A stretch of 64,000 nt of DNA from Octopus sinensis. Its lineage: Eukaryota. Of the stretch, positions 26,169 to 38,631 are shown one piece after another. The stretch spans positions 114,638,001 to 114,702,000 of the forward strand of contig NC_043000.1 in the NCBI RefSeq assembly GCF_006345805.1, in the 5' to 3' direction. Below the pieces are notes generated by a model. It did not search any database, was not told where the DNA came from, and was given only the letters and a program-made list of their open reading frames with translations. The first letter of the stretch is position 1, and each line of letters starts with the position of its first letter. Made by a program: the position numbers and the translations under genes.

Positions 26169-26626
26169 TAAATAAATGGTACAACGAGGTACCGATTTAC
26201 TGGAAAATAGCGATCGTAATAAATACGACGCTATTGTATAGCTTCACTGCGTATATACTAGCAAAGACGTGCGTGTGCAACAAACATGAAAAAAATTTGT
26301 CTTACCTCTAGGAAGAACATCTGAAAAATGAAAAACCTAGAAACGGATAATGCAGGACCGGTTTCAGACTCTTCAAATACGTTTGACAACGTAGATTTGA
26401 TTTGTCTTCATCAGCTGCATATACCTAGACAAAATTTCAAATGTTGCCACATCTATGCCAGTACACTCGTCTGAACGCCAAAACACCTAATATTATTATT
26501 ATTTGAGGGAATAAAATCATATTTATATATTATTATATATATATAATATAAATAATATATAATATATGCATATATGAATACATGTGTATGCATGTATATG
26601 TACATACATATAATAAAACAATATGC

Positions 26627-26695
<69 letters not shown>

Positions 26696-27100
26696 TAAAT
26701 AAATGGTACAACGAGGTACCGATTTACTGGAAAATAGCGATCGTAATAAATACGACGCTATTGTATAGCTTCACTGCGTATATACTAGCAAAGACGTGCG
26801 TGTGCAACAAACATGAAAAAAATTTGTCTTACCTCTAGGAAGAACATCTGAAAAATGAAAAACCTAGAAACGGATAATGCAGGACCGGTTTCAGACTCTT
26901 CAAATACGTTTGACAACGTAGATTTGATTTGTCTTCATCAGCTGCATATACCTAGACAAAATTTCAAATGTTGCCACATCTATGCCAGTACACTCGTCTG
27001 AACGCCAAAACACCTAATATTATTATTATTTGAGGGAATAAAATCATATTTATATATTATTTATATATATATAATATAAATAATATATAAATATATGCAT
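25512..27100. repeat. Near-identical tandem triplication, unit about 525 bp
   Basis: ATAAGTAAATAAATGGTAC recurs at 25641, 26164 and 26691 (periods 523 and 527); copies differ mainly in TA tract length. Confidence 0.97.
25782..25796 (-). other. Candidate 15-nt microexon, copy 1 (copies 2 and 3 at 26306-26320 and 26833-26847)
   Basis: Minus strand: tttttcatttttcag|ATGTTCTTCCTAGAG|gtaaga. Confidence 0.35.
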
Positions 27101-27365
27101 ATATGCATACATATATGTACATACCTACATATATATGTATATATGCATACATATATGGGTACTGGACATCAAAAAACGTTGAACATAATGAGAAACGAAA
27201 ACATAAAAACAAAATCATAGAAACGAACTTTTTTTTTCGGACAACGAAGAAAAAACAGAGAAACGAGACATACAACATAAAAAACATTCCCATTCTTCAG
27301 TTGTCCCCGTTTCATCAACTCCACGTTACGAAGGCAAGGACTATATATATATGCATGTATGTATG

Positions 27366-27418
<53 letters not shown>

Positions 27419-27636
27419 ATACTTTTATGACACCATTATTGCTTTCTTTCGTTTTACAATTTTTTCTCTTCCGTTCAGAAAGTCGTAAACTTGTAATTTA
27501 TATTCACCAATAAAAACGTTTTTATAGTTTTTTCTATTGTCTTTTTATACTGTTGTCATTGTTCACCAAAGTGCTATTCTTTCTGTTACTATTGTCGTTA
27601 TTGCTGTAATAGTTGCTTGTTATTATATGTATGTAC

Positions 27637-27724
<88 letters not shown>

Positions 27725-27728
<4 letters not shown>

Positions 27729-27862
27729 GCAATGGCCCAGTGGTTAGGGCAGCGGACACGCGGTTGTAGGATCGCGGTTACGATTCCCAGACCGGGTGTT
27801 GTGACTGTTTATTGAGCGAAAACACCTAAAGCTCCACGAGCTTCCAGCAGGGGGTGGTGGCA
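27725..27862 (+). mobile_element. SINE family C, 5' part
   Basis: Matches the reverse complement of 50250-50370. Confidence 0.8.
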
Positions 27863-27869
27863 AGATTTG

Positions 27870-28084
27870 AGTTAACAGAAGACATTAAGCAACATTCGAC
27901 GCTACAGCTCTACAGCGTCCCAAAATGTGATTTCCAGAAATGTTTCTTGCTGTGGCAGGAACGCTGGCGGAAGTGTGTAGACTTCCAAGGCGAATTCTTT
28001 GAAGGAGACTAAATCAAAATGGTTTCTTTTAATATTACTTGTTTTTTTAGCCAAAGATCGGATACTTTTTGGCTACACCTCGTA
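27870..28084 (+). mobile_element. Mariner transposase C-terminus and right TIR
   Basis: FQKCFLLWQERWRKCVDFQGEFFEGD*, then a TIR ending ...GGCTACACCTCG followed by TA. Confidence 0.75.
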
Positions 28085-28336
28085 TACGAACACAGACACA
28101 CGGATACATACACACACGTACGTTGGATAGAGTACAAACATGTGCTGATTAAATATATAAAGAAAAAACAAAATATGATAGTTTACTGAAGTTTCGCCCT
28201 TGGCTGATCACAACTGACAGCCGTGATTAGCTAAGAGCGAAACCAGAGGTGACTGTCATTTTTTTTATATAATACACGCGCGCGCACACACACACATACA
28301 CATACACACACACACGCGCATGCTCATGCACACACA

Positions 28337-28728
28337 TCTCTCTATATATAAAGCTGAAGTTGTCTGTGTATGGCAGGTTTGGTAGCCTTCAACTAACACT
28401 ATCTCCTCAGAGACCCTGCGGCGCAAGTTTACCAAAATTGAGAGTATGATAGAAGAAGGCTTGCTCTTCCTTTCGTAGAATATAAAATTCAAATTGGACC
28501 ATGTTAACACCAAAAATTATATACATCAAAAAGGTGCTTTTTTTCTATGAAAATCCCTATTTTTTACGATTTTTTGACTGTTGTGTCGCCATTTTTCGGT
28601 GTATTTCAACTAGAAAAATGCTCACTTAAAGAGAATAACAAGCTACATAATGCAAAATTTTTACTTTTCAAAAATTCCAAATCTAAAAGATCGAAACAAA
28701 CCCGAGTAACGCCGGGCGATACTGCTAG
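28337..28728 (+). mobile_element. Non-autonomous Helitron family F, complete
   Basis: A|TCTCTCTATATATAAAG start; hairpin CCCGAGTAACGCCGGG, then CTAG|T end; second copy at 36600-36988. Confidence 0.85.
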
Positions 28729-29490
28729 TAGATAAATTCATGCGTGTGTATAAGTGCGCGCGCACTCGTGTGTGTGTAAGCTTTGAAGTAATGGTCGTAG
28801 ATTTCCCGTTTCTGCTGTTCAACAATCGCGTCGGTGACTTCCCGTTTGTCGTGTTAAGTCGTAAATAACCTCCTGTTATCTAAAACCGCTTAATGCCATT
28901 TGCTTTTTGCTGCATTTCCTTTGGAGCAAACAAGAGAGGGGGGGAAAGAGAGGGAAGGAGAGAATGAGAAAAGAGAGGGAGAGAGGGAGAAAGAGAGAGA
29001 TATATTAGAAAGTAAAAAAAAACTGACTGAGAGAGATAAAGGAAGATAAACAGACAGAAAGGGGGATTACACACAGAGAAGAGTGCTAAGAGGTGGGGAG
29101 AATTAGATACATAGAAACAAAGACTGAATGAGAGAGAGAGAAAGAGAGAGAGAAGGGGAGAAAGAGAAATTCTATGGAAGGATGGGCTTTATTTTTAGAA
29201 TTTTCTCCGATGACGTTACCCATGCATAACTTTGACCATGATCTTTAAAACGAACTGAAGTACCCAAGAACCCGAGAACTAAATTCCATTCATCTCGCAG
29301 ACTAGATTTAATTCCTTTAACCTATTTTTTAACAATATTCTTCTTTCTTGGTGGAAAATCTGACCAATTCTTGTTTAGGTTCTTCTGTTTCAAAGGATTA
29401 AATATGAACCGGTTTTAGGATTTTTGTTTTACAAATATAATTCTTTCTGTGGCGTTAGTCCTACTCTATAATATGCACAGACATGCACAT

Positions 29491-29561
<71 letters not shown>

Positions 29562-29678
29562 CAAACAAACAAACATACATCTACATAATAGCCCATTAAC
29601 TATTCTGCCTGTAGAATTATAAGGTACTAAAAGAGAATGACTCTCCCCAGACACAGCAGAATATATATATATATATAT

Positions 29679-29766
<88 letters not shown>

Positions 29767-29808
29767 TGTGTGTATGTATGTATGTATGTATGTATGTATG
29801 TATGTATA

Positions 29809-30164
29809 CGAGCAAAATGCCTCTCGTCCAATGGACGTACTGAGTTGTCAAACATTTAAACCAAATTTTCTCAAAACAACTTGTCCGACCGTCCCATAGG
29901 CCTACCCTTTGAGAAACACTGATTTAACCTAAATTTGAGACACCAGCAAAAGAAGAAATAAAGATAGACTTTTTTTTCTATTCCAAAGAAAAACGATTTT
30001 ATTCACTTTATCGATCGCATTCTCACCTGGAATCGATTTTTGTCATTTTTTTTTCAAGACTTATACACGCTCTGATACCGTCGGTATCTACATATCAAAT
30101 TTGAGCGCAATCGATGGAGGATGCCCGAGATCCTAGAAGACACACACACACACAGAACGGATTT

Positions 30165-30170
<6 letters not shown>
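29809..30170 (-). mobile_element. Non-autonomous Helitron-like family H
   Basis: Shares its 5' segment with 48890-49054; the 3' end has hairpin CGTCCATTGGACG followed by CTCG|T. Confidence 0.65.
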
Positions 30171-30239
<69 letters not shown>

Positions 30240-30252
30240 GTATGTATGTATG

Positions 30253-30286
<34 letters not shown>

Positions 30287-31892
30287 TGTATGTATGTATA
30301 TAAAAACATTCTCCCAAACTAAACTTAACCTGAAATACTAAGATATAAAGTAGTAAACTGTCAATTCCTTTACAAATTCCGCATAAAAGCTACAAAATTA
30401 CTAGAATTAAAAGCAGAAATACCAAAGTATTTATGGAAACGTTCGTTGACAGTGAACAGAGTGGGCAACGAAAGAAGTAATACACTACAAAAACAGGAAG
30501 GGTATGTCTCATGGCATATCCTTCTATTACGACACCAAAAATGCAGTTTTATGTCATCTGACAGCGACGAGAGCAAAAGAATGTTAACGCTCCTCAGAAA
30601 TGCTCACTCAGAAAAGAAAAAAAATTAGACGAAATGAAAATGAAAAATTCAAAAAGCATATAACACGAAAATTAAAAAATAATTATTAAACGAAAATTAT
30701 AAAATAATTATTAAACGAAAATTATAAAATATGTACTTCATAGACGGAAAAGTGCAAACTTCAGAAAAACACCAGACTCCAAGACAGCGTAACGTGAGTG
30801 CTTGACATTTCCTGTTTAACGTAATGACAGACTTACGCTTTCTGTTTAATATGGCGCTCACTGTCAGAAAGAAAGATTGTGACAGAAATTTCTGTCTGAT
30901 AAGAATAGAGGAGCGTCCAGCGTTGCCGAAAAAAGAAAATCATGACGATATTCGTCAGTGACTAACAAAGACTTCCTTCTGCAAATAATTTCTTTTATAT
31001 TCGGATTTTTTGTTACTCCTCGTATCGAAATCTCAGCTAATTCCTCCATAATACCCCTATCGCAATGAAATGTTTTACTAAGTCTAGCATTAAATATGTA
31101 AACATTGGATATCATATGCAAATTGAAAGAAGAAACCCAACCTGAAATCGCTCATTGAGGGCAACAGCAAAAGAGTAGAAATAATTAAAATCAAAACTCT
31201 GATATATAAATCATGTCACACCCGTTTCTTGGTGACAACGCACAGCTTGTTGTCATCACATCCTCATATACACAAAGTGCTTTATTGGTTACGATAATCT
31301 GGAACTATTTATCCCAACTATAGGTCGCTGCACTCATATAAACTTTGCAGTTGCTAATCTTTAGGTTCATTGGTTCTTAGCTGTTAGGGCGTTTTTTTTT
31401 ATTAAAATTGTATCCGCGACAGTGCTTATGCGTCTATCTTTTTCTATGAATGCATCAACACACACATACACACATAAATTCATACTATATGTGTGTATGT
31501 GTATATATGTATGTATACACACACATACAAATCACACACACACATACACACACACACACACACATATGTATGTACAGGGATTGGACAAAATAATGGAAAT
31601 AATTCGTTTTTTTTTTGTTGTTGTTTTGGAATCCCGAGGCTCACATAAAGCTATATATAAAACAGCACGTAAATATCGGATTGGGAATCATTTTGCTATT
31701 ATTTTTTAATTATGTGAAACTCGAGATTCCAAAACTGAATCATTTCTAGTTCGCTAGCAGAATAAAGTTTCGAAAACAGTAAGAAATTTCCGAAAGAATT
31801 ATTTAGGAAGTCCCTGTATCACCATTGATACCTTTGCCGGACATTTTAATGTAATGCAAATCAAGATTCCTAAAACTTTCAAAGTAGATTTG

Positions 31893-32323
31893 TTGTGTGG
31901 TAAGTAGCTTGCTTACCAACCACATGGCTCCGGGTTCAGTCCCACTGCGTGGCACCTTGAGCAAGTGTCTTCTACTATAGCCTCGGGCCGACCAAAGCCT
32001 TGTGAGTGGACTTGGTAGATGGAAACTGAAAGAAGCTTGGTGTATTGTTGTATATATAAATATATATATATATGTATGTATGTATGTGTGTGTGTATGTG
32101 TGTGTGTGTGTTTGTGTGTCTGTGTTTGTCCCTCCAACATCGCTTGACAACCGATGCTGGTGTGTTTATGTCCCCGTAACCTAGCATTTCGGCAAACGAG
32201 AACGATAAAATAAGTACTAGGCTTACAAAGAATAAGTCCTGGAGTTGATTTGCTCGACTAAAAGACGGTGCTCCAGCATGGCCACAGTCACATGACTGAA
32301 ACAATTTATAGAGAGTAAAAGAG
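31893..32323 (+). mobile_element. SINE family B, near full length
   Basis: B box GGTTCAGTCCC; collinear with the other B copies. Confidence 0.85.
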
Positions 32324-33645
32324 AACCTGTCGTATCTTCTTTATGGACATCGTTTTACAAACCTTCAACTAATTCTTGAATGATAATCGTGTTTCTCGAC
32401 CTATTACGTCGTCTGAGCATCGATCTAAATGCTCCAGGACCGCTTTGTGCTAGATCTATGAAAAACAATGCTCAGACAGTTAACAAAAAAAAGATTTTTT
32501 AAATGATGATAGAGTATTTGGGCCCGATTTTGGGCCCGCTCGAATGTTTTTTCAATACGACTGAGATTTTCTGCTGTATCAGAATTTTGTAAAACATCAA
32601 GATTAACATTCAACCAGATCCGTTTGCCATTCCGTCTTGCACCATTTCCTTTGCTTCAATTTTATAGCATCTTTTCCTGTCATCATGGAGGTGTTAGCTG
32701 TTGAATCCAATAACCAATCTGCATCACAAGAGATTCCGAGTAAAGTAGCAACATTCTACGTCGGTTAATAGTGAAGGACGACTTATTACTTTGGGTTGAA
32801 GAATAGAAATAGGAAAATGAAAGCAACAGAGGAGTGATGTTGAAGGATGGATGTTGTATTATGTAGGAGAAAGTATTATAGGATTAAAGTTAGCTGCAAA
32901 TCCCGTGTGGGCCGAATTGATGCAGACGAGGGCGAAGGAGTGGGTAGCGTGTTGAGATGAAAACGAAGTCAAATTTGTGCATACACAAACAAGATAGGTG
33001 AAGAAGAGAGCGGGTAGGCGTCGACAGGAATGTTAAAAGAAATTTTAAATGGGAAGGAAAAGGGAGTAGATACGTGTTGGCAAGAATGTTGATGATAATA
33101 ACAAATAAAAATGGAATATAGCAGAAGAAATCTAAAAAAGCATTTAAATATTTCAACTGAGAGGTTATAAGTAGCAAAAATGTACAAAGTAGTGAGGCAA
33201 AATATTGACAAGAACGGACAGACATATTAAAGCATATAAAATATTTCTAGACCAGGTATTTTTTATACATAAAAATGTATATTTTTGTAGGTTTACTTTT
33301 AAATCGTTAAAACTTGGCCAACTTTCCGTAACGGTGGAATTACATACTGTATACCGAAATTAGTAGCTATATTTAACAATTTCTGTAAGCGTGGAATTTC
33401 GTAACACTGCAGCTGCTTATAAATGCGCATACACTCACATTTATATTTATGTAATTGTGTGTGTGTATGTGTGTGTGTGTGTGTGTGCTTAAGAAGACCA
33501 ATCAAATATGGCGAGAAAATACGATTATATATTCGGAATAAACGGACAAAGCTTACAACATTTCGTCAATGACAGAGTTGTTGTAGTGCCGAAAAGAGTT
33601 CATTATTAACTACATCCTGTCACAATTCTAGCTGCTATTCCGGCA

Positions 33646-34276
33646 ACGAATTTTTTTTTTTTCTCACGAGAGTTCCGGACCCCGGTGATGAACTCATTTG
33701 CATACAGCCAATCAGAGCTCACCTTGAAAATCTATATACTGTGTCAGGCATAGAATGGCGTATGCCACTCTGTCAGAACAGCATAGCAGGTCTCACATAA
33801 GCACCACATTCCCCCATCACCATCCTCATAGATCAATTGAGCACCATCTCTGTATGGAGCTAGCATTGGGTACCTATGCTCAGACTGAGATTAGTGATAC
33901 TGCATGTACCCATTGACATATGCAAGGAGGGCGCAATCCGACACAACGCCATACTGATTATGATGTTCCCAGATTAACACCAACATTTTAAATTAAGAAT
34001 GTACAAAATCAGTCAAAAAATCAGAAAACTACACTCATTTACACTTTCTAGTAAATTACGCAAATCGGCAACACTTATGGCATCATAGGTGAGTAGCTCT
34101 CCACTCACTTTATACACTAAATTTCACATTTAGTGTATAAAGCACATTTTCCACTGAACTCAACCAGAACATTTTCGTGACTAGGTGGACACTAGTTTGA
34201 TAGCTAAGCTCTGATTGGCTGTATGCAAATGAGTTCATAACTGGAGTCTGGAACTCTCGTGGGAAAAAAAATTCGT
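33646..34276. repeat. Element bounded by about 70-bp inverted repeats (33646-33719 / 34207-34276)
   Basis: ATGAACTCATTTGCATACAGCCAATCAGAGCT versus AGCTCTGATTGGCTGTATGCAAATGAGTTCAT. Confidence 0.75.
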
Positions 34277-34919
34277 GTCACGGCAACATCTGTGAGAGCT
34301 CTGTCTCAAATGGGATTTAAAGACCTAATATTCTATCCAAATAAAAAAAATCTCCTTCAAAATAGTCCTTTATATTATTGTAAGAGGACAGTCAAGAATT
34401 TGATTCTGGTGACGGAGCGACACTAAATTAGTCTTGGAAGCACTAAATGTGACAAGCTATTTGCTTCACAGTTACACAATCCCAGTTAAGTACCTGGGGA
34501 ATTTTGCAGCTTGATCTTGTGGTTGATGTTGTTAAAGGTGAAACTGTGAAGTACGGAATCAATAATATAAATGTTAATGAAGGTTCTAATTATTAATAAG
34601 TAAATTATTGATAAACAACAGGAAGAGCAAATATGTCAGAGCATAGAGTGTTCGGGCTAAATTTGACGATTTTTATGTCTCCTTTTTGCAGGAACAGCTT
34701 TATGTATTGGTGAAGAGCCAACGGCGTTGGAGAGCATAAAGATTAAAGATGTAGTTTAGAGAAGGTTAGCTGACCTGGAGGATTGTAAGCCATCTGAATT
34801 ATGGGAAAGAGTTACCTGCATCATGATGATAAGCGTCGAGTATTAAAATGCTGATATTATGACTGTTGTTCAATGCTTTTTAAACACTGTAAAGGCTGTG
34901 AGACATGACTTTAAAAAAA

Positions 34920-35066
34920 TAAATGTTATTTCTCGAGCCATGCCAGGCTCATAAGGGCCGGTTTCCCGGTTTCAGTGACGTAGAAATTCCCCAGCTGGAC
35001 CGGACGCCGGTCCGTCGCAGGATTACTCATTTTTGCCAGCTGAGTGGACTGGAGCAACGTGAAATG
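34920..35066 (-). mobile_element. Chimeric SINE fragment (CORE-like + V-like + C tail)
   Basis: Same module order as 61512-61752. Confidence 0.7.
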
Positions 35067-35374
35067 AAGCTGCGAGTGCTTAGCTTAAATGTTTTCATTA
35101 TCTAGTATTTTTATTAATGACGGTATCACAGAGAGTACTGTTACTCAAAGATTAGAGAGAGAGAGAGAGAGAGAGAGACTCTCTCCGTACTCTCATAATA
35201 ATAATCCTGGTTTGAAGTTTCTTTGACGCTGACCGTGAAGAATGATGACAGCTATTATTTTTAGTGCTGCTAGTTCCATGAAATCTTCCCAAATAACAAA
35301 CTTGAGGGTTTTACTGGCTTATCTGCCGACGACCCGGCCATGGAACAATCTGACCTGTTGCATGTTTCCACTGA

Positions 35375-35700
35375 TAGGAGCACTCCGTCGGTTACGACGA
35401 CGAGGGGCCCAGCTGACAAGATCAACGGAACATCTTGCTCGTGAAATTACCGTGCAAGTGGCTGAGCACTCCGCAGACACGTGTACCCTTAACGTAGTTC
35501 TCAGGGAGATTCAGCGTTACACAGAGTGTGACAAGGCCGGCCCTTTGAAATACAGGTACTACTCATTTTTGCCAGCTGAGTGGACTGGAACACGTGAAAT
35601 AAAGTGTCTTGCTCAAGGACACAATGTGTCGCCGGGAATTGAACTCACGACCTTACGCTCGTGAGCCGAATGCTCTAACTACTTAGCCACGCGCCTTCAC
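35375..35700 (-). mobile_element. SINE family D, full length
   Basis: tRNA-like head with A and B boxes, CORE-like CCTTGAGCAAGACACTT, and a tail shared with 17046-17349. Confidence 0.85.
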
Positions 35701-36084
35701 TATTATCTCCATATTTACATGCTTCCACTAGCAAACGAACAAATACCCTCTATGTCCGAATACAGTTGTTTCCGAAAGAAAATTTATGCAAGGGAGAAAT
35801 TTCCAAGAGGAATTACTGTGTTGATAAATATGTTTCTAAAATATGCAAAAGGATATTTAAGACGCGGACATATCGGTCAACACAGGAGTCTGATTTTGTT
35901 CTTCATAATGATGTTTCTAGCTCTTCATATATTAAGTGCAATCATTATCTGAGCGCCACGTGCAAGGACTTCTAGTCTTGTTTATTTATCATTAATGATT
36001 ACCCCACTTATCTCAACCGCTGCTTTGTCTCTAGATTTTCACCTGGTACTGAAATATTTTTTGTAATAACACTGTTGGTATTTC

Positions 36085-36499
36085 CGTACTTTTTGGTTAT
36101 CTAACCCCCATTAGAAAATTGGGTTATCTTCCCAAGTTTTATGAGAAATATCGGTACTTTTGGTTATATCCTTCGTTTTAAAAAATTGTTTAAGCCTCAA
36201 TAAAACAAAAAAAAAACAAAAGTGAAAAGATGAAACATCTAATTTAAATTTGATAATTTTTTATAACAAATCATACAAAACTGGAAAGATTAATAAACAT
36301 GAAAACTGAAAGCATTTTTATAACAAATCATATGAAATAAAAACATTAAACATCGTATTGAACAATGATCCAATCAAAAGGATCTAACTCTTTTAATCCA
36401 ATCTCTTGTCGCCTCATAAACTCAATTTTTTAGTGGGGAGATAACCCAGTTTTTTTAATGGCAATTTTTTTAACGGGGACCAGATAACCGAAAAGTACC
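36085..36499. mobile_element. MITE with GTACTTTT(T/C)GGTTATCT TIRs (superfamily uncertain, possibly Merlin-like)
   Basis: TIRs at both ends; imperfect 8-bp flank match GGTATTTC/GGTATCGC; partial copy at 49760-49926. Confidence 0.65.
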
Positions 36500-36599
36500 G
36501 GTATCGCTGATAAGGTTGTTGTTGTTGTCTTATTTTTCTGTATCAATTTCTGTCCCAAACTTGATGGTGACTCAAGGAAGATGTCTGATTTATCCTTCA

Positions 36600-36988
36600 C
36601 TGGCAGTATCGCCCGGCGTTGCTCAGGTTTGTTTCGACCCTTTAGAATTGGAATTTTTTAAAAGAAAAAAATTTGCATTATGTAGCTTGTTATTCTCTTT
36701 AAGTGAACATTTTTCTGGTTGAAATACACCGAAAAATGGCAACACAGCAGTCAAAAAATCGTAAAAAATAGGGATTTTCATTGAAAAAAAACACCTTTTT
36801 GATGTAAATAATTTTTGGTGTTAACATGGTCCAATTTGAATTTTTTCTTCTACTGAAGGAAGAGCAAGCCTTCTATCATACTCTCGAGTTTGGTCAACTT
36901 GCGCTGCAGGGTCTCGGGGGATATAGTGTTAGTTGAAGGCTACCAAACCTGCCTTACACAGACAACTTCAGCTTTATATAGAGAGAGA
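36600..36988 (-). mobile_element. Non-autonomous Helitron family F, second copy
   Basis: Reverse complement of 28337-28728; ends CCAG|T. Confidence 0.85.
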
Positions 36989-37576
36989 TTGCCCTCAGTC
37001 CAGCAATATCGTCAGGAAATCTTGAGTCTGGGCTCCTCTTCCTTCCGATACCAACTAAGTGGATATAACTGCAGAATTTGTTTCTGCTGACTCTGTCTAA
37101 CGGGTCTGCCAGCGTCCGTTGGATATATTTATAAATGAAGGGAGACCACTCTAATTTCTCGTTTTATAGAAAACACAAACTTTAATATAAGCAAAAGACG
37201 GAAATTTAATACAAATATATTTTCAACGAGGATTTGCTATCGTGATATTTACATTGTTTCTGTTTAAGAACTTAATCTATTAACGAAAAGTATTCTTTCT
37301 CACCTTTCACTCTTTTAAATTAATTAGACGTAAGATAGTTTTTGACGAGAAAATTGAAAAATTATATAAATGCAAAGAAAAATTAAATTAAATTAAATTA
37401 ATAGAATGTATTTGGATTACATGTCAGACATAACTAGGCAGAAAATTAATACTTTCGTGCTAACACCTACGTAAATGCTTAATTAAAAACATTAACACCA
37501 TTCCAATCGAAGTAATATGAGATATGTGTGTGCGCGTATGCGCGCGTGCGTGTGTGTGCACATGAGTGTTTACAAC

Positions 37577-37698
<122 letters not shown>

Positions 37699-37729
37699 GA
37701 CCGTCCACTGGGCTCATGCATGGCTCCTA

Positions 37730-38575
37730 TAACATCATCAAGTGGAATTTCACTTGAAGAAAATTTGTCTGCGAGAAGTGAAATAAGTAGGAAAAGAGCA
37801 AGATCTAATTTGGTAAATGGTCCAAGCGGCGTCACATACAAGATCTGAAGAAGCGTCCAAAGCTGCTCTGTCGGGTCTGAAAGGCCCTGGAGACAATTCG
37901 GAATGGAGGAAAGGTTGTCTAATTATGGAAATGTACCAAAGGGTTATATTAGAAATCCTCAAGCGGCGAGCTGGCAGAACCGTTAGCACGCCGGGCGAAA
38001 TGCGTAGCCGTATTTCGTCTGCCGTTACGTTCTGAGTTCAAATTCCGCCGAGATAGACTTTGCCTTTCATCCTTTCGGGGTCGATAAATTAAGTACCAAT
38101 TACGCACTGGGGTCGATGTAATCGAGTTAATCCGTTTGTCGTCTGTGTTTAGCCCCTTGTGAGTAGTAAAGAAATATATATTAGAAATCCTTTGTTGCCT
38201 TGAACCCACAAGTGTGGTGTGATCCTCCTCATTAGGGAAGCATGACAGAAAAGAGTGGGGTGGCTAGTTGTGCTGTGGCTAGACATGGCCAATGCCAGAA
38301 GCTGGATGCCACACAAGCCGCTTGGCGGTGCACTAGAGAGGCATCATAACTGGCACCAACTAGAAGGGAGCATAATCACTGGGTTCACTATGTCAGTGTC
38401 CCTCTGTACACTGGTAATGGACATGCTGGTCAGGTCAGCAGAGAAGGAGTGCTGGTAGTCCTGTCAGCAAGACAGGGTTAAGAGAACCATCCATCAAATC
38501 CTTTATAGATGATCACACGGTGACACAAGCAACAGTACAGAGACGAAAGTGGATCCCTCAATAATTAGAGAAGCG
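37730..38575 (+). mobile_element. Old HERO-like RT fragment interrupted by a SINE
   Basis: NGPSGVTYKI, CLEP, VLWLDMANA..MPHK, WHQLEGSIITGFTMSV.L..LVMDMLVRSAEKEC and a degenerate F(I/M)DD motif. Confidence 0.7.
37960..38176 (+). mobile_element. SINE family A with a 15-bp TSD
   Basis: TATATTAGAAATCCT at 37945-37959 and 38177-38191. Confidence 0.9.
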
Positions 38576-38631
38576 CGAGACAAACACAGATGAGTTCCAA
38601 ACCTGTAAAGTTCCACTGCATGGTTCTTGTT

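Noticed and set aside
32400-32800. Possible LINE AP-endonuclease relic
   Set aside because: Only a vague resemblance; catalytic motifs could not be recovered.
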